A stretch of DNA of 62,893 bases, counting the filler, from Phoronis australis (lineage: Eukaryota > Animalia > Phoronida), in assembly GCA_002633005.1 (NCBI GenBank). It is 6 parts of 6 records of this genome, joined end to end, with 100 filler letters (N's around TTAATTAATTAA, not from the genome) between each part and the next. Parts side by side here need not be neighbours in the genome. Positions count along the whole stretch, not along the records: positions 48,958 to 54,887 come from NMRA01002252.1; positions 54,988 to 57,705 come from NMRA01001905.1; positions 57,806 to 60,975 come from NMRA01003174.1; positions 61,076 to 62,893 come from NMRA01000395.1; 2 more parts are not named here. One strand, 5' to 3'. Shown here in pieces: positions 49,376 to 61,972 of the stretch; positions within the stretch are counted from its first letter, which is position 1; the number at the start of each line of letters is the position of its first letter. Under the pieces are notes generated by a model. The model saw only the letters and a program-made list of their open reading frames with translations. It did no database searches and was not told the DNA's origin. The position numbers and the translations under genes were made by a program.

Positions 49376-49445
49376 CAATGAGCCAGCGTGTAAGGAACGC
49401 ATCATCGTGGTCGGGTTGCAGAATGTCTTGGACATTTTCCCTGAA
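49376..49445 (-). CDS. Isolated exon of a SEC14L2/3/4-like CRAL-TRIO lipid-binding protein (N-terminal region)
   Basis: TTTCTAG|FRENVQDILQPDHDDAFLTRWLI|GTAAG; closely resembles the FRENVQD..DD.FLLRWL segment of SEC14-like proteins. Confidence 0.8.
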
Positions 49446-50117
49446 CTAGAAATTACAGAAATATGTCAGCAACTCAGTGGCAAGAGTTCATGGTAATTCT
49501 CACATTTGTTGGCAGGCGGATGGGAAGGTGTAGATGGCGACATTTTCATAAAAGTGACAAAAGACTTGAGACAGAAATTTGGTCTTATGCTTCCACTTGA
49601 CAATTGGCGAAAAACATCTAGTCAAGTAAATGTGAGCGCATCGCAGTCTAGAATTGATTTCAAGGAATCATATCAATAACTATCAGTTTTGTGTGAATAT
49701 TGCACTTTTGCTCAAGTAACATTTAATTATTTTGCATAAGCTTTGAGTGTGGAGCACAAGATAAAATTTCTGGATTTGAAGTCTTAAAGTCACGTTTAAT
49801 GAAACAGACCACTCAGGCCCGTAGCCAGCATTGCGCAAGGGGTGGTTCGAATTTCTGGAACGGTGGGCCTTTAATATTTTGCAAAGATCGACTCGATATA
49901 GTTTCAGTAAGGCCCCTGACGCAGCTTAATTAGGGAATGACTGAGCTCTATGCAACAGTTGCTCGTAAATAATGGGACACAAATTCGGATATGTCGTAAT
50001 GTGGTCCAGAAGGTGAACGTTCTTGTGTTACCTTTCGCCAAACTTTCAAATCAAGCGTACTTAAATACATACTTGGATGGAATTTTTTAGTCTGTGAATG
50101 ACTTGAAATTTCTATCT

Positions 50118-51556
50118 GGTTGCGTGTTACTTAGATCACTGGAAAAGGGAATAGCCCAATATTCTGGAGGTTCACTACTACGAAGGTTCACTACTCCGAA
50201 AATATATAAAATTTCGAGTACAGGTTTAATTTTCATACTTCTGCATGCAAAAGTAAACTACACTTCGGTTATCAGATGGCCTGAATGGTGTACCTATACC
50301 GAAAAGAGTGTCCGGGTACTATTGATTTCATGCGCACACGAAATTACCAGCATGTTTTACGAATACGAAAAACTAAATAGCACTTGCATTTTTAAAACGA
50401 TGCCAAACCCGGATATGGCAGATTATCAAAATGACTTTCCCATTCAGTTCTCTGAAACAAAATAATACTCTGTAACCACTGACAACTCTCAAAAGTTTGC
50501 TAAAAATTATGAATGAAAACTCCTTTCAAAGTTTCCTAAACGGAAAAGCGAAGAAAGCTTTTGCGACTTGTATGGAAACTGTGGGAAAAGTCCACCCCCA
50601 AATTTTGACATGGGGTGTATGAATTTTCAATTGATTCCTTAAAAAGGATTCAAACCCTATTTTGACGATTTCAACCAATCCTCGTTCTCTCACTTGCTGA
50701 TGCATCATTGGCGTCAATCTTAAAAGACAAAGCAGGAATCAACTACGAATTCATACCCACTACCTCCGGAATTGGACGTTATGGTCCATGGTGGGTGGTG
50801 TTTTCGCACAGCTGTGGCGTAACTCGCTAAAAGCGTAGGTCACACTTGCCTCTTTAGCAGAATTTGCAAGTTTTCTAATTCTAATTTTTCTCAAAATTAT
50901 TGAGGGTTGTCGAGCCATTAAAGAGCATAATTTTGTTTCATAGAATTGGATGGGAAAGTCGTTTTTAGTATCTGTTAATAGGACAAAACCGGGTTTGGTA
51001 TACTTTTAACTTGGAAGATTGATGCCAGTGATGCATTAGCTGCTGATTAGCAGGTGACAGAATGAGGATTGGTGGAAATCATCACAGCGTTATCCTTTTA
51101 AAAGATTACAAAGTAAGGATATCGGATGAATCATTACGTCACCCAACGGATCTGCACTCATGGCCGGTCGAAACTAAATATATAGTTAGAAGGTTATCCT
51201 GTCCCTGCCAGTCTTCACAAAGTCAGAGAATCCCATTCAGTTTTCTTAAATTTAAAACCGCCATTAGTCGCCACAACCCGGACACGTGCCCGGGATGTCC
51301 CTGCTTGAGAATGAGTCCTTAGTTAGATTCAAGAATCACATTTGAAAGTGATTGGACCTGAGTTCATTTGTAAACAATGTAATCAATGTTTTAAGAACTA
51401 TTCAACTCTTGCACACCCTTTAAATGGTTACTAAATCGATACAAATACACTGTCTGTTTCATTCATGTCCGGTGGACTCAAAAGCAGACAGTCCAATGAA
51501 CCTTTGGAGTATTGAAACTTCAGAGTAGTGGACCTTTGGAATAGTGACACTTAACC
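50118..51556. mobile_element. Nested element with inverted 16-bp subterminal repeats
   Basis: GGTTCACTACT(A/C)CGAA x2 on the left; inverted degenerate copies TTGGAGTATTGAAAC, TCAGAGTAGTGGACC and TTGGAATAGTGAC on the right. Confidence 0.45.
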
Positions 51557-51892
51557 TTGGAAATCTTTTCCATCAAGTTTGATGCTCCTATGAAGTCAAC
51601 TGTGCACCACTGTCACTGATTGACAAGGGGACACTTTCTTCATTGGCCAAAGTTTTATTAGGTCTAGACCTAATTTTGCGTAATAATGTGAACATGTTAG
51701 TTTCCTCAGTGCAAGAGCACACGGTAGTAAAATGTCTGATTTTTATTTGAGCGACAAAAGAGGACTGCCTAGAGTGAACTTACCGTCGGTGTGTACTGGA
51801 TTTAAAAGAATGGAAATGCACACACGAGTACATGCGCATGCATGTCAATCCAGCAATCCAAAATCAAAGTGGACATTGAATGAACAACAATT

Positions 51893-52047
51893 TAATGGCG
51901 GATTTAGAGGGGGCCAAGGGGACCATGGCCCCCCTAAAATTCTCCCAGATTTTATTTGGCAGTTCGGGGGCGCGAATGTCAGACAGGCCAAATCTTGGCT
52001 AATACTCTGCCCTGGCCCCCCTAACAGAAAATTCAGATCTGCCCTTG
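51893..52047. mobile_element. Short hAT-like MITE
   Basis: ATGGCGGATTTAGAGGGGGCCAAGGGG ... CCTGGCCCCCC..AGATCTGCCCTTG. Confidence 0.5.
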
Positions 52048-52240
52048 ACGATCACCTTCAATTCGAAATTTGAAATGCCTGCACCTTACCACACTAAGTT
52101 AGCAAGTATATTAAAATAGAAGATAATCATATTTTCTGCTGTTTTGTTTCTTAGTCGATATTAAGACATTCATGCCACACTACTTTTTGAGAGCTCTTTC
52201 GCTGCTAGTTATAGACATTTACTCCCTTGTTACCCTATCA

Positions 52241-52682
52241 TTGACCAAATGGGTGAACGTTACGCCGTTAAATTACGCGCGTAAGATAATTCTTGTTAGA
52301 GGCGTAATTAACTGCGGCGTAAAAAATTATTTGTAGCGTAAAGTAATTATTTACGGCGTAAAGTAATTATTTATGGCGTAAAGTAATTATTTACGGCGTA
52401 AAGTAATTATTTGCAGCGTAAAGTAATTATTTACGGCGTAAAGTAAATTATTTGCAGCATTGTGCAAGTAATTATTTGCAGCATACAGTAACTTTTAGTG
52501 CTGCAAATATTAACTTTACGCCATAATGTAATAACCACTTTACGTCATAATTACTTTACGCTGCAAATAATTACTTTACACCATAAATAATTACTTTAAG
52601 TCATAAATAATTACTTTAGGCCTCTAACAAGAATTGACTCAAGCATGTTATTTAGGGGCGTAACTTTCACCCATCTGATCAA
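52241..52682. mobile_element. Fold-back element with inverted arrays of a 20-bp repeat
   Basis: ~63-bp imperfect TIR (TTGACCAAATGGGTGAACGTTACGCC / GGCGTAACTTTCACCCATCTGATCAA); (AAGTAATTATTTACGGCGTA)n on the left and its complement on the right. Confidence 0.85.
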
Positions 52683-54887
52683 CAATAATATCGACGATAA
52701 TGGTGTAGCAACTAGGCATGCTCATTGCCAATGAATGACGTGAAGCCTCCTCTAATTGTCTGCACGATCCTGCCATATGCGCAAACACCACTTGGGCGAA
52801 GTTGAGCCCTGGGGCCGGATAGGGCCCGATGATTACGCGAAGCGCCTTGAATCAGAAGCAAATTCTTTAACTTAGTTATAATTGTAGTTACAGAGTAGTA
52901 GTACCATTAGCTGCAACAGTGTTGTTATTGTTGTTCCTGTTATCCATATATATCCTATCTCTAATGGATAGGCTGGGGCTGGACCTTTTCAGCGGGGGGG
53001 TTTGATCGAATGCCCCGAACCCCCCCTGGCTACAAGCCAGCCACTGGTCATCAAGTGAAAGAGAATACATGGACAAGATGTTCAAAATAAAATTGACAAG
53101 TGTTCAAAGGACTCCAAAGAGCATGAACACGCACTATCACCACCGCAATCACTGATGATAATACGAGGCCAACATTTACCTCCTAGTCATGTAGCAAGCA
53201 AGCTAACTGTGGCCTTAGAATCAAAAAATCTCACCAATCTAGGACGCAATATGGCAGACAAGTAAACTTCATTTTCTTGATGTTTTCCATGTAAAAAAGA
53301 ATTACCAAATTAATGCTGGTGTTAAAGTTCAGTTAGCTGCGACTACAAAATATTTTGAATAATTGACAGTAGAAGCCTCGTAAAAAGAGAATTTTTGGAT
53401 ATTAATTTTGGCCAAATCTGTTGAGATTTTACGTTAATAAAAACACAATCAAGCAACATGGACACCGCACATAAAAGAGACTGCAGATGCTTTCTTGAGA
53501 CCATCAAAATGTGAGATTGATAATGTTTACATGTCGACACACACAATGGTCGACTGTGTTTGTAAGCCAAAAGTTTTTCTCACACAACTCATGCCCTTCA
53601 GATACCGGCACTGCAGAAGAATTTATTAACGCCGGTAACATTTGAAAGCATGCAAATTTGCAGCCGGAATTTATCCTCGAAATTAAAAATCAACACTTTT
53701 TCACAAATTAATTAAGGTAACATTGCATTCTTTCATCCTTTCCAATACTACAAAACAATTCAGAACACTCTGTTTGTGTTCTGCAACTGAGTTCACTGCA
53801 AGGGAAATCTCGAGGCATAATTCAAGCCATGGTTTGTGAGAACATATGTGATTTGAATCGAGTAACTATTTGATTTGGGTATTGGGAAAACCAAAGTAAA
53901 TAATAATGACAATTAATTAAAACAAAAATTGACTAAGGCTTAGATCCAACCATGAGGGCCCTACTAGCTATCAGTATACAGTAGACCGGCAAAAGCCAAG
54001 TCAAAGTAATCGAATCATAAATTATTGTAATAATTCCACATGTTACCAGCAGTATATTATTAGCTATATAAAGGTGGATTAGTCTGCAGCTGATACCAGC
54101 GTAGCTCGTGCCCATGAATGCATGAAGACTGTGATAATCAATTTAAAAATTAATCTGTACATGGCCATCACATCTGTCAACACCAAACCAGACTACAAAA
54201 TTAAGAAATTACTCCAATTGCTCTATTTGTGGCGCATTTCTAAACAAGGTCTATAGGCATTCGTTAATTGGGTAATTTTATTGAATAAAAAGTGGAAAAT
54301 TACAGTACAGGACACAATCAGTTGTTTACTCATCAGTGTTTAAACATCCTGGCAAGGAAATACATTTGAAAAGGCCAAGTGAGTGACCTCAGAATCTTGG
54401 CAAGCACAAAAGGATTAAGCAAAAATGAATACAGAAGAGCCAAAACGACGCTCGACTCCAAAAAACATTTGATGAGCTAGTCATCTGAATATATAAGCCA
54501 GCCACGCCGAGAGGAGTAGCAGTCAGACGGTGTAGGCAATATACCTGTGGAGACAAAGGCATACATGTGGTGGCCCCATAATCGGAATGCTAAATGAATT
54601 TACCTTTTGTTCCATAAAATAATGCATATTAAACAATTTGACAGTGCCACCATCTGAACTGTAGCAAGCAGTGTAAGAATGTCCAGTGTCTGATTTGAGC
54701 AAGTGAATGAAGGACTGTAAAAATACTTGGAAGACTTAAAGACATCCACAGTTCCCTAAGGTGTCCCTGTACAAAAAGTAGTTACTGTATTGTATCATGA
54801 CTTTATAGAGGGCCTATGGGTTGACTACTATCTGTACTGGAGCCAGTCAATGAGATGTCGTAATGTGGGAGGAAATTGTATCAAATA

Positions 54888-54987
54888 NNNNNNNNNNNNN
54901 NNNNNNNNNNNNNNNNNNNNNNNNNNNNNNNTTAATTAATTAANNNNNNNNNNNNNNNNNNNNNNNNNNNNNNNNNNNNNNNNNNNN
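54888..54987. other. Artificial contig spacer
   Basis: 44N + TTAATTAATTAA + 44N. Confidence 0.97.
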
Positions 54988-55544
54988 TTTCGTAAACACG
55001 CAAGTTGATGTCAGGCGTGCATGTTCAATGTCACAGTCGGGAGTCGAACAGCACGGCCTATTTAAACCAGAGCACATGTTACGCTACAACGAAAAGTTGC
55101 AGCCTTCGGTGTATTTCCTATTTGTATTTTCATCTGAAATTTTCGTTAGGCGGAACTCGGTGATTCTTTTCATAGCTAAAGCGCCAAACACAAGCTAAAC
55201 GCAAGACAATCGAGTAACGGTCGTGACATCGTCAAGACAAGGTAAAAATTACAAACCCGTTATACCGATTCTCGGACTCGAGCCTTATACAGTAGTAATC
55301 ATCCGTTGAACGCTTTAGTGACACGGGAGTTGCATCGATCCCAAATTACCGTATCTAAAATTTTCCTTGTCCGAAAGTCGCGGGACAAAATTCTGATGTT
55401 TATGACAATGTCCGAAATTCGAGGATCTTTGAAAAACAGTTTATGGACCTTGTACGAATTTCGTGGACTATGAAAAACTCATTTCGTAAATATTTATTCT
55501 TGGTCGAAAATAGCGGGCCGTCCGAAAATCACGCGACTTTACCG
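54988..55544. mobile_element. Right end of TA-flanked DNA transposon/MITE (same family as 30735-31244)
   Basis: Ends GTCCGAAAATCACGCGACTTTACCG|TA. Confidence 0.6.
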
Positions 55545-56984
55545 TAACACAAGCTGCTAGTCGATGTAAGTTTCAGCTCATTCTCTGCACCTGATTATAT
55601 GTAGTCCATTACACGCCGAAAAGTCAAGAATTATCATAGGCTGTCTCTGGGCTCAGGTTAAAAGGATAGGGTACAACTTGATTGCGTTCTGCACAAATCG
55701 TAATAGTGTCCTTCTCATTCATTTTGAAATCCCAGAAATATTTCATGAAAAATACACATGATTAATTCCACAAACAGTTGTGTCACCAAAGGATTCAGTT
55801 ATGAATACCAGAAAGTAATTACATCGCTCCTATTAGCAGACACTGACACGGCACAGACAGTGCAGTACAACACATGTACCAGCACCAGTGCTTTTTTAAT
55901 CCAAACATTACCATTGGAATTTTAATTGAATCAACAAACCACATGTCATGAATCGTGTTTTCCAGATTAATCCAGCGAAACTAAGAGTTTCAGTGCAAAA
56001 AATTTTACCATGGATTCATAGCGATATAACGTTAAATGCAAATCTTTAAATAAATTTAATTCGCAGACATTTCCCTTCATAATGTTCTATAATGTTGAAG
56101 TACCAAGAACACTTAGCCTGTTTCTACTACACAAAATTGTTAACTGTAACTCTCCAGTTTAAATTGCCAAAATGGTAATTTTTGAATGGCTGACTACCGT
56201 TTTGTAAATGAAGGGAACTTTAGCACATGGTTTATGACATCTACACACTGCTTGTAATAAATTAAAATGTTCTTAATATTTACTATTTCGGAGAATTTTT
56301 TCTAAACAAAGCTTCACTTATCAGCCCTGCAGCATATTGTATGCTAAATAAGTGAAATACTACTGTACCTGTCCCAAGACACAGGAGCACCAAGCATCAC
56401 TCCATATCTCTAGTGTAGTACCTGGACTGCTGATGCTGGACTGACAAGGTGGGTGACAATTCAGTTTTAGCGCCAATTACAATAAACAAACAAAAGAAAC
56501 ACAAGTCAAGTAGTATACTAGTAATAGCTTATCCAATGACACAAACCAGAGTTCTCATTGGTAAAGAAAGCAACTGTTTTGATTATTTCGGTACAAAGCA
56601 ACATCACAATCAAATGGCAAATAGCCTCCAGGTAAAGGTATGGTGGTGATGTTTAGAACACAACTGATAAATAGTCACAAAGAAATATTCCTGAGGTTTA
56701 TACAACACACTTTCAGCTACCATAGCAGTAAATTCACCGACCAGCAAGTTTTCCAGGCTGTGGTTCATGTTACCGTTTCCACCAGTGGCGAATCTAGAAT
56801 ATCGCATGGGGGGCCCAACTTTTTGTCCGCCTGTAAGCATTTGCGCAAAGTGAACCACAATTGTAGATGCGCATAGCACCGCCCAGGAAATTTTTCTGTT
56901 TTTACCTCTAAAAATCAAGCAATTTCCTTGATTCCTGAAGTATTATCCAAGAAAAGGCAAAAAAAAAACGGAGAATGTGTCAAA

Positions 56985-57375
56985 GATTCGAACTCACGAC
57001 CTGGCAGTTGGAGCGCGCGTGCATTACCACTACACCACCATGAATTAACTGCTAATAGTATACTAAGAGACCTACTTGCTTATGGTCCACAGCGTTCGCG
57101 CGCGAAACCTACTTCTTTTTGTAATGCTTATTACACGTTTTATATTTTGTGCCGTCAATTCTTAACAAATTTGTCGTAACACAGACTCGAACTCACGACC
57201 TGGCAGTTGGAGCGCGCATTTTTACCACCACACCACCACGATTTAACTACGAATTGTATTCTTAGAGACCTACTTGTTTACGGTCCACAGCGTTTGCGCG
57301 CGAAACCTACTTCTTTTTGTAATGCTTATTACACGTTTTATATTTTGTACAATCGGTTCTTAACAAAATTGTTGT
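56985..57375 (-). repeat. ~200-bp tandem duplication, each unit containing a tRNA-like sequence
   Basis: Units begin at ~56985 and ~57185; the minus strand reads GGTGGTGTAGTGGTAATGCACGCGCGCTCCAACTGCCAGGTCGTGAGTTCGAATC (A and B boxes). Confidence 0.75.
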
Positions 57376-57705
57376 ATTTAAAATAGTCTTTAATGCCCGA
57401 AAGATCAAATCCGTTTTTCGTGTTGGCAATATGACGGGATTGCTTTGGAAATCGTCTTAAGTTAAGGTTTGACAAAGAGAGAATTATGAGTTTCTGAGTG
57501 ATTCACTGAGGCTTCGATTAAAATTCACATCTTACCAGTAGCTTCTGTTTTTTCATCGTCACTCAGGTTCCATTTTCTTTAAAAAATGAAGTAAATTTTC
57601 TTCATTGCAGTGGAGCAGACGTCGGAAACGGGGTCGTAATGCGCAGCGCAACTGCCGGTCGCCTGGGATATCGCGGGAGAGCCTATACTTAGCCATAGTT
57701 TTGTT

Positions 57706-57805
57706 NNNNNNNNNNNNNNNNNNNNNNNNNNNNNNNNNNNNNNNNNNNNTTAATTAATTAANNNNNNNNNNNNNNNNNNNNNNNNNNNNNNNNNNNNNNN
57801 NNNNN
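57706..57805. other. Artificial contig spacer
   Basis: 44N + TTAATTAATTAA + 44N. Confidence 0.97.
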
Positions 57806-58041
57806 AGTACATTTCAGTAAACTTTTGAAGTTGGAAACAATTGTAGAGTTTCAAACTCACAAAGTGCACCTTTTGCAATGAGCTTTGTTGGAAAAGTCCC
57901 TTTTTGTAGGCAATTTTGTAAGACTGGGCACACTTTTTGAAGGGAACCTATTGTGAAAAGTAGCCCCAGTGTGAGCAGCACATCCCGCATACCTCTTCTG
58001 CAGAAATACCCTTGGGTACCAATCAATTTTGTTTTACTTAC

Positions 58042-58186
58042 CTTTTCCCGTCTGTATGATGCTCAAGACAACATCGACGTAGTCTGGTGACGTACGTGCC
58101 ATGTGACTGCATATGGAAATAGTGTCGCATGTGACAGGAAGTGAAGCCTTGTCTGGGGAAAGGGCAGAAGACAGAAACTGATTGGC
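58042..58186 (-). CDS. Probable isolated internal exon, helical-repeat-like (weak resemblance to the STK36/Fused C-terminal region)
   Basis: Strong acceptor TTTTCATTCCAG and donor AG|GTAAGT; open frame ANQFLSSALSPDKASLPVTCDTISICSHMARTSPDYVDVVLSIIQTGK. Confidence 0.5.
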
Positions 58187-59179
58187 CTGGAATGAAAACA
58201 CAGCCACTTAGTTTAAAGCACTAATAAACCAGTGTTCTGTCAAAGAAATTAAATTTTGCTCTCAACCACTTACCCTCGTAAAAACTGTCTCAACTTGTTC
58301 TTTACTCAGTTGAGAAGTGATCTTTGGTCTTGTCCAGAAACCTATTTCAATCAAGGATTTGAAAGCTATTTAAGAACACAGTAAACGATCTAATTCAAAA
58401 ATTTTTGTGACGAAAGACAGCTTTATAGTTGTCTGTAAAAGAAGAGTAGCATATTCCACAGTATCCATTTGCGTTAACATGGGCGTATGGTTTCACAATC
58501 ACCCCTGAGCTTCCAACAATTTCATTTCAGACATCCGCGTTTTGTAGATTGCGGGTTAACCATCACCACATGATTTTTTGAATTTCTGAATTGGAATGTC
58601 CTTTGCTTCGACCCAAATGGTTACGGTACATTTTTCACATCCTTTTCAAGCAGCTGTTGAAAAGTTTAATTTTCCTCATCCAACATTTGCCATACTATCT
58701 CTATTCTGAGCGTTAAATCAAAAGTAATAGTGAGAAGATCATTCACTATCAGTTGTACCAATATCTCATGGAGAATTCCATCCTCTATACGTAGTTTCGT
58801 ACACACACAGATTCACCCTAGAACAAGTTACTCCTGGAATGCGTTTGTAGATATGGGGACTCTCTGAGTGCTATTAAAACTAGTGCAACTTGCCCCACGT
58901 GCGACAACTTAACTCCATCTTATTGATTGAGGTATGTTAACTTGATCTAGAGTAATTGTGCCACTTCTTATCGCTATGTGGCTGCAAACGTGGCGCAAGG
59001 CCAAAGCAACTGTCAGCTGCAGTTACATAATACTAGCTGGATCCTCTTTTTTGCACAGTATTCACATCAGCTGTTCGTTGTCATGCAGTGTGACAACTTC
59101 TGTCTTGCCCTTTGCATAAAGTGGGACAAGTAGCACTCAGGTGCAAGTTGTTCTATAAAGGTACATCTGTGTGTGGACG

Positions 59180-60560
59180 GGACTTATGATCTTCAGTCAA
59201 GTTTTAGACCATCTCATTCTACCAAAACATGACTCATTGACTTGATCAACCATATCAGAAAAGAAACACACAAAGAGACTAACACAGGAATGCCCCTCCT
59301 TCTAGATCTGCAAAAGGCATTTGATAACGTCGACCACAAAATACAAGATCAAAGCCAGCAATGCTCAACCTTAACAGAACCTCTCTGGACTGGGTTTCTC
59401 CATCATTAACATGGCTGCATTTAAGGTGTTACCCTTTCTAAAACTCAGTCTGGTCACAGGGTTGTCACCTGTGGTGCTTCACAGGAGTCAATCCTGGGTG
59501 CCCTTCTTGTTAACGACAGGCAGTCAACTGCATACTTCTCCTCTATGATGATGGTTGAGTGATCTTACTCTGCTAAGAATTACGCTATCCTTGAAGATCG
59601 TTCAAGCAGTAAACTTAGCAAATTATGGGTCTGGTTTAACAAGCAACTCGGCAAAACTTAGAATAATTTTCTTGGCTCTAAAATCAAACTTTCCAAAACC
59701 AAAAATACTGTTGGTAATTATGAGATCATTAAGCGTGCCTCAACCAAATAGCAAGGAATTCAACAAGACCAGTCTCTATACAGTGAAATAATAACAGAAA
59801 AATTAGCGTTCTTTGCAAACAAATTTGTATATTGCCAATTTAATAATTTAAGAGCCGTTATTAAAACAAGTTTAAATTTCCACCTTGATTCTGTATCACT
59901 TGCTTTTGTTCATGGTATTCAAGACAGTGCTTTAAAAGCAACCATGGATAAATTAGTGCTCTAAAAACAACATTATCAGGTTATTCCACCCTAGAAATAC
60001 TGGAGCATCTGAATTCCGCCAAGTTCCCTCCAGAGCTAACTTTTATTAAATTTTGTTTGATGTGCACCATTTTCCCGCCTCTGCTCCTCCGCTTGGTTTA
60101 GACTTTAGTACATGCCATAGACACAACACTCGCACTGCTTCATTGCAAATTCCTAATTGCAAAATGTTCAGCAATGCATTGAGCCAGTAATGGGCTTACT
60201 AACCACATTAAAGACACTCTGACTTCATTCCTTCTTTTAAACATCTAACACCTTCTCATTTAACAAACTTTCTGTTACTGAGGGTAACATACTATGTCTA
60301 TTATTGATTTTTACTTTAGTTTCTATACTGTGTTAAATACTTATGTTGTTAAGTCTTTCATATCTATTTAAAATTATCATTTGTGCAGGTAGAGTTATAC
60401 TATTTATGTTCTCATTTATTTTTTCTTTATTATTTCTTCAGATAACAATGGAATTTAGCCTCTGACTTTTTGCGCTATCTGCGTTTCCCACTTTTATTTA
60501 TTTTCATTTGTCTGTTTCTTCTTGTATTTTCTGTACTTGTGTGAGCTAAATAAACAAAGA
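59180..60560 (+). mobile_element. Decayed, 5'-truncated L2/CR1-group non-LTR retrotransposon
   Basis: RT remnants LQSSFRPSHST, LLLDLQKAFDNVDHKI, VTCGASQESILGALL (GVPQGSILGPLL) and LLYDD (YADD); L2-like 3' motif CAATGGAATTTAGCC..CTTTTTG and an A-rich tail. Confidence 0.8.
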
Positions 60561-60975
60561 AAAAGCTTCTATCAAACCACTTCAAACCACTGTCACTGTT
60601 TGAACACTTGCAAAACACTTCTAATGCTGACGCATGATACTGGGGGACACAGGATGTCGGTAATGAGGGCCTCACACCGTTTTGGAATAAGACATATGTC
60701 AGCAAGGCCTACAAAAATGTTAAGCTGCATTTTGTCTTGGTTGTATCCAAGATGGATTGATTTTCAAAATTTGTCGTAAAATGACCATTACATTGTTACA
60801 GATGCTATTAAGTTGCCTTTGCCATAACAAACGAAATTGATTTAAACCATTTACTAATTACAAACTGGTGTCAACCCTTTCTTTGCCCTCAAATTCAAAG
60901 TAGTCTGAGCATTTGAAGAAATGACTTACACTTGTTGCTTGCAACCTAACTCCACGCATAAAGTAATTACTTTAC

Positions 60976-61075
60976 NNNNNNNNNNNNNNNNNNNNNNNNN
61001 NNNNNNNNNNNNNNNNNNNTTAATTAATTAANNNNNNNNNNNNNNNNNNNNNNNNNNNNNNNNNNNNNNNNNNNN
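60976..61075. other. Artificial contig spacer
   Basis: 44N + TTAATTAATTAA + 44N. Confidence 0.97.
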
Positions 61076-61169
61076 CCTGTAAAGTTGCACCAGTTAAATT
61101 AACCTACATGTACGTGACATCAGACAAGTAACACACATGCAGGCTAAAGTACCACATACAGCAACATAC

Positions 61170-61357
61170 CTGGAATGTTAGACAGAACACATCTTCTACA
61201 TCATCCTCATCATAGTTCAGCAATTCTTCCAAGCTCCGCCCAACAGTGGGTTGGGCCTCCATAACGTCACTGAGGTCGAGAGTCATGCCCTGTAGCTTCT
61301 TGTATATTACAGTAGGAAACCGCACGTCAAGAATGACACCATTATATATAGCCAGAC
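61170..61357 (-). CDS. HECT-domain E3 ubiquitin ligase exon (HERC3/4, UBE3A or HECTD2-like)
   Basis: GLAIYNGVILDVRFPTVIYKKLQGMTLDLSDVMEAQPTVGRSLEELLNYDEDDVEDVFCLTFQ; CAG/GTATG boundaries. Confidence 0.9.
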
Positions 61358-61610
61358 CTGAGAGAGACATAATACAGGAGCATAAAGGGACAGTATTGGC
61401 ATAAAATATTATGAAAATATTATGAAAATATTATGAAAGCAGTTTTTTGCTTTAATTTCATCAATGTTCAAGAAAACAAATTGGCTATCAAAAAATTTGA
61501 TAATCTGTACATTAAATCATGAATTTGTAACAATCTTTCAATAGATATAGCTTAACAAATAGTTAACCAACGTTGCTCTGTCAATGTCTGTAATACAACA
61601 TAATGTTTAC

Positions 61611-61658
61611 CCAGTATTATACCAACAAGTTCAAATTCTTCCAAATCCTGGGTTGAAC
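61611..61658 (-). CDS. Preceding small exon of the same HECT ligase
   Basis: TTTGCAG|STQDLEEFELVGIIL|GTAAAC; splices in frame to give FELVGIILGLAIYN. Confidence 0.85.
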
Positions 61659-61751
61659 CTGCAAAGAAAGGCACATATCAAATGAACTTGTCAACAGGCT
61701 CCAACCAAGTACAGTGAACATGAGACATTCTCACCAGTACTTACAGCATTG

Positions 61752-61878
61752 TAACATGCATCATGCACTGAACAAGTACAACAACATGCGTCATGCACTG
61801 AACAAGTACAACAACGTGCATCGTACACTGAACAAGTACAATAACGTGCATCGTACACTGAACAAGTACAATAACATG
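61752..61878. repeat. 30-bp minisatellite x4
   Basis: AACAAGTACAACAACATGCGTCATGCACTG and variants. Confidence 0.9.
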
Positions 61879-61972
61879 GTCATCACAATTAAAATTGATG
61901 GGTGATAAAGATGATGAGGCTTAAAATTTAAGTAAATCAAAATTAATATAAATGTGGTAAGCAGAGATGCCT

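Larger units (their letters stand above)
49814..53040. mobile_element. hAT-like non-autonomous element containing nested insertions
   Basis: CAGGCCCGTAGCCAG ... CTGGCTACAAGCCAG ends with CCACT on both flanks. Confidence 0.55.

Noticed and set aside
54380-54545. Possible minus-strand exon after TTTGTCTCCACAG
   Set aside because: Good acceptor but no recognisable peptide or convincing donor
56372-56445. Possible small minus-strand exon (SSISSPGTTLEIWSDAWCSCVLGQ)
   Set aside because: Only weak splice signals and no recognisable homology
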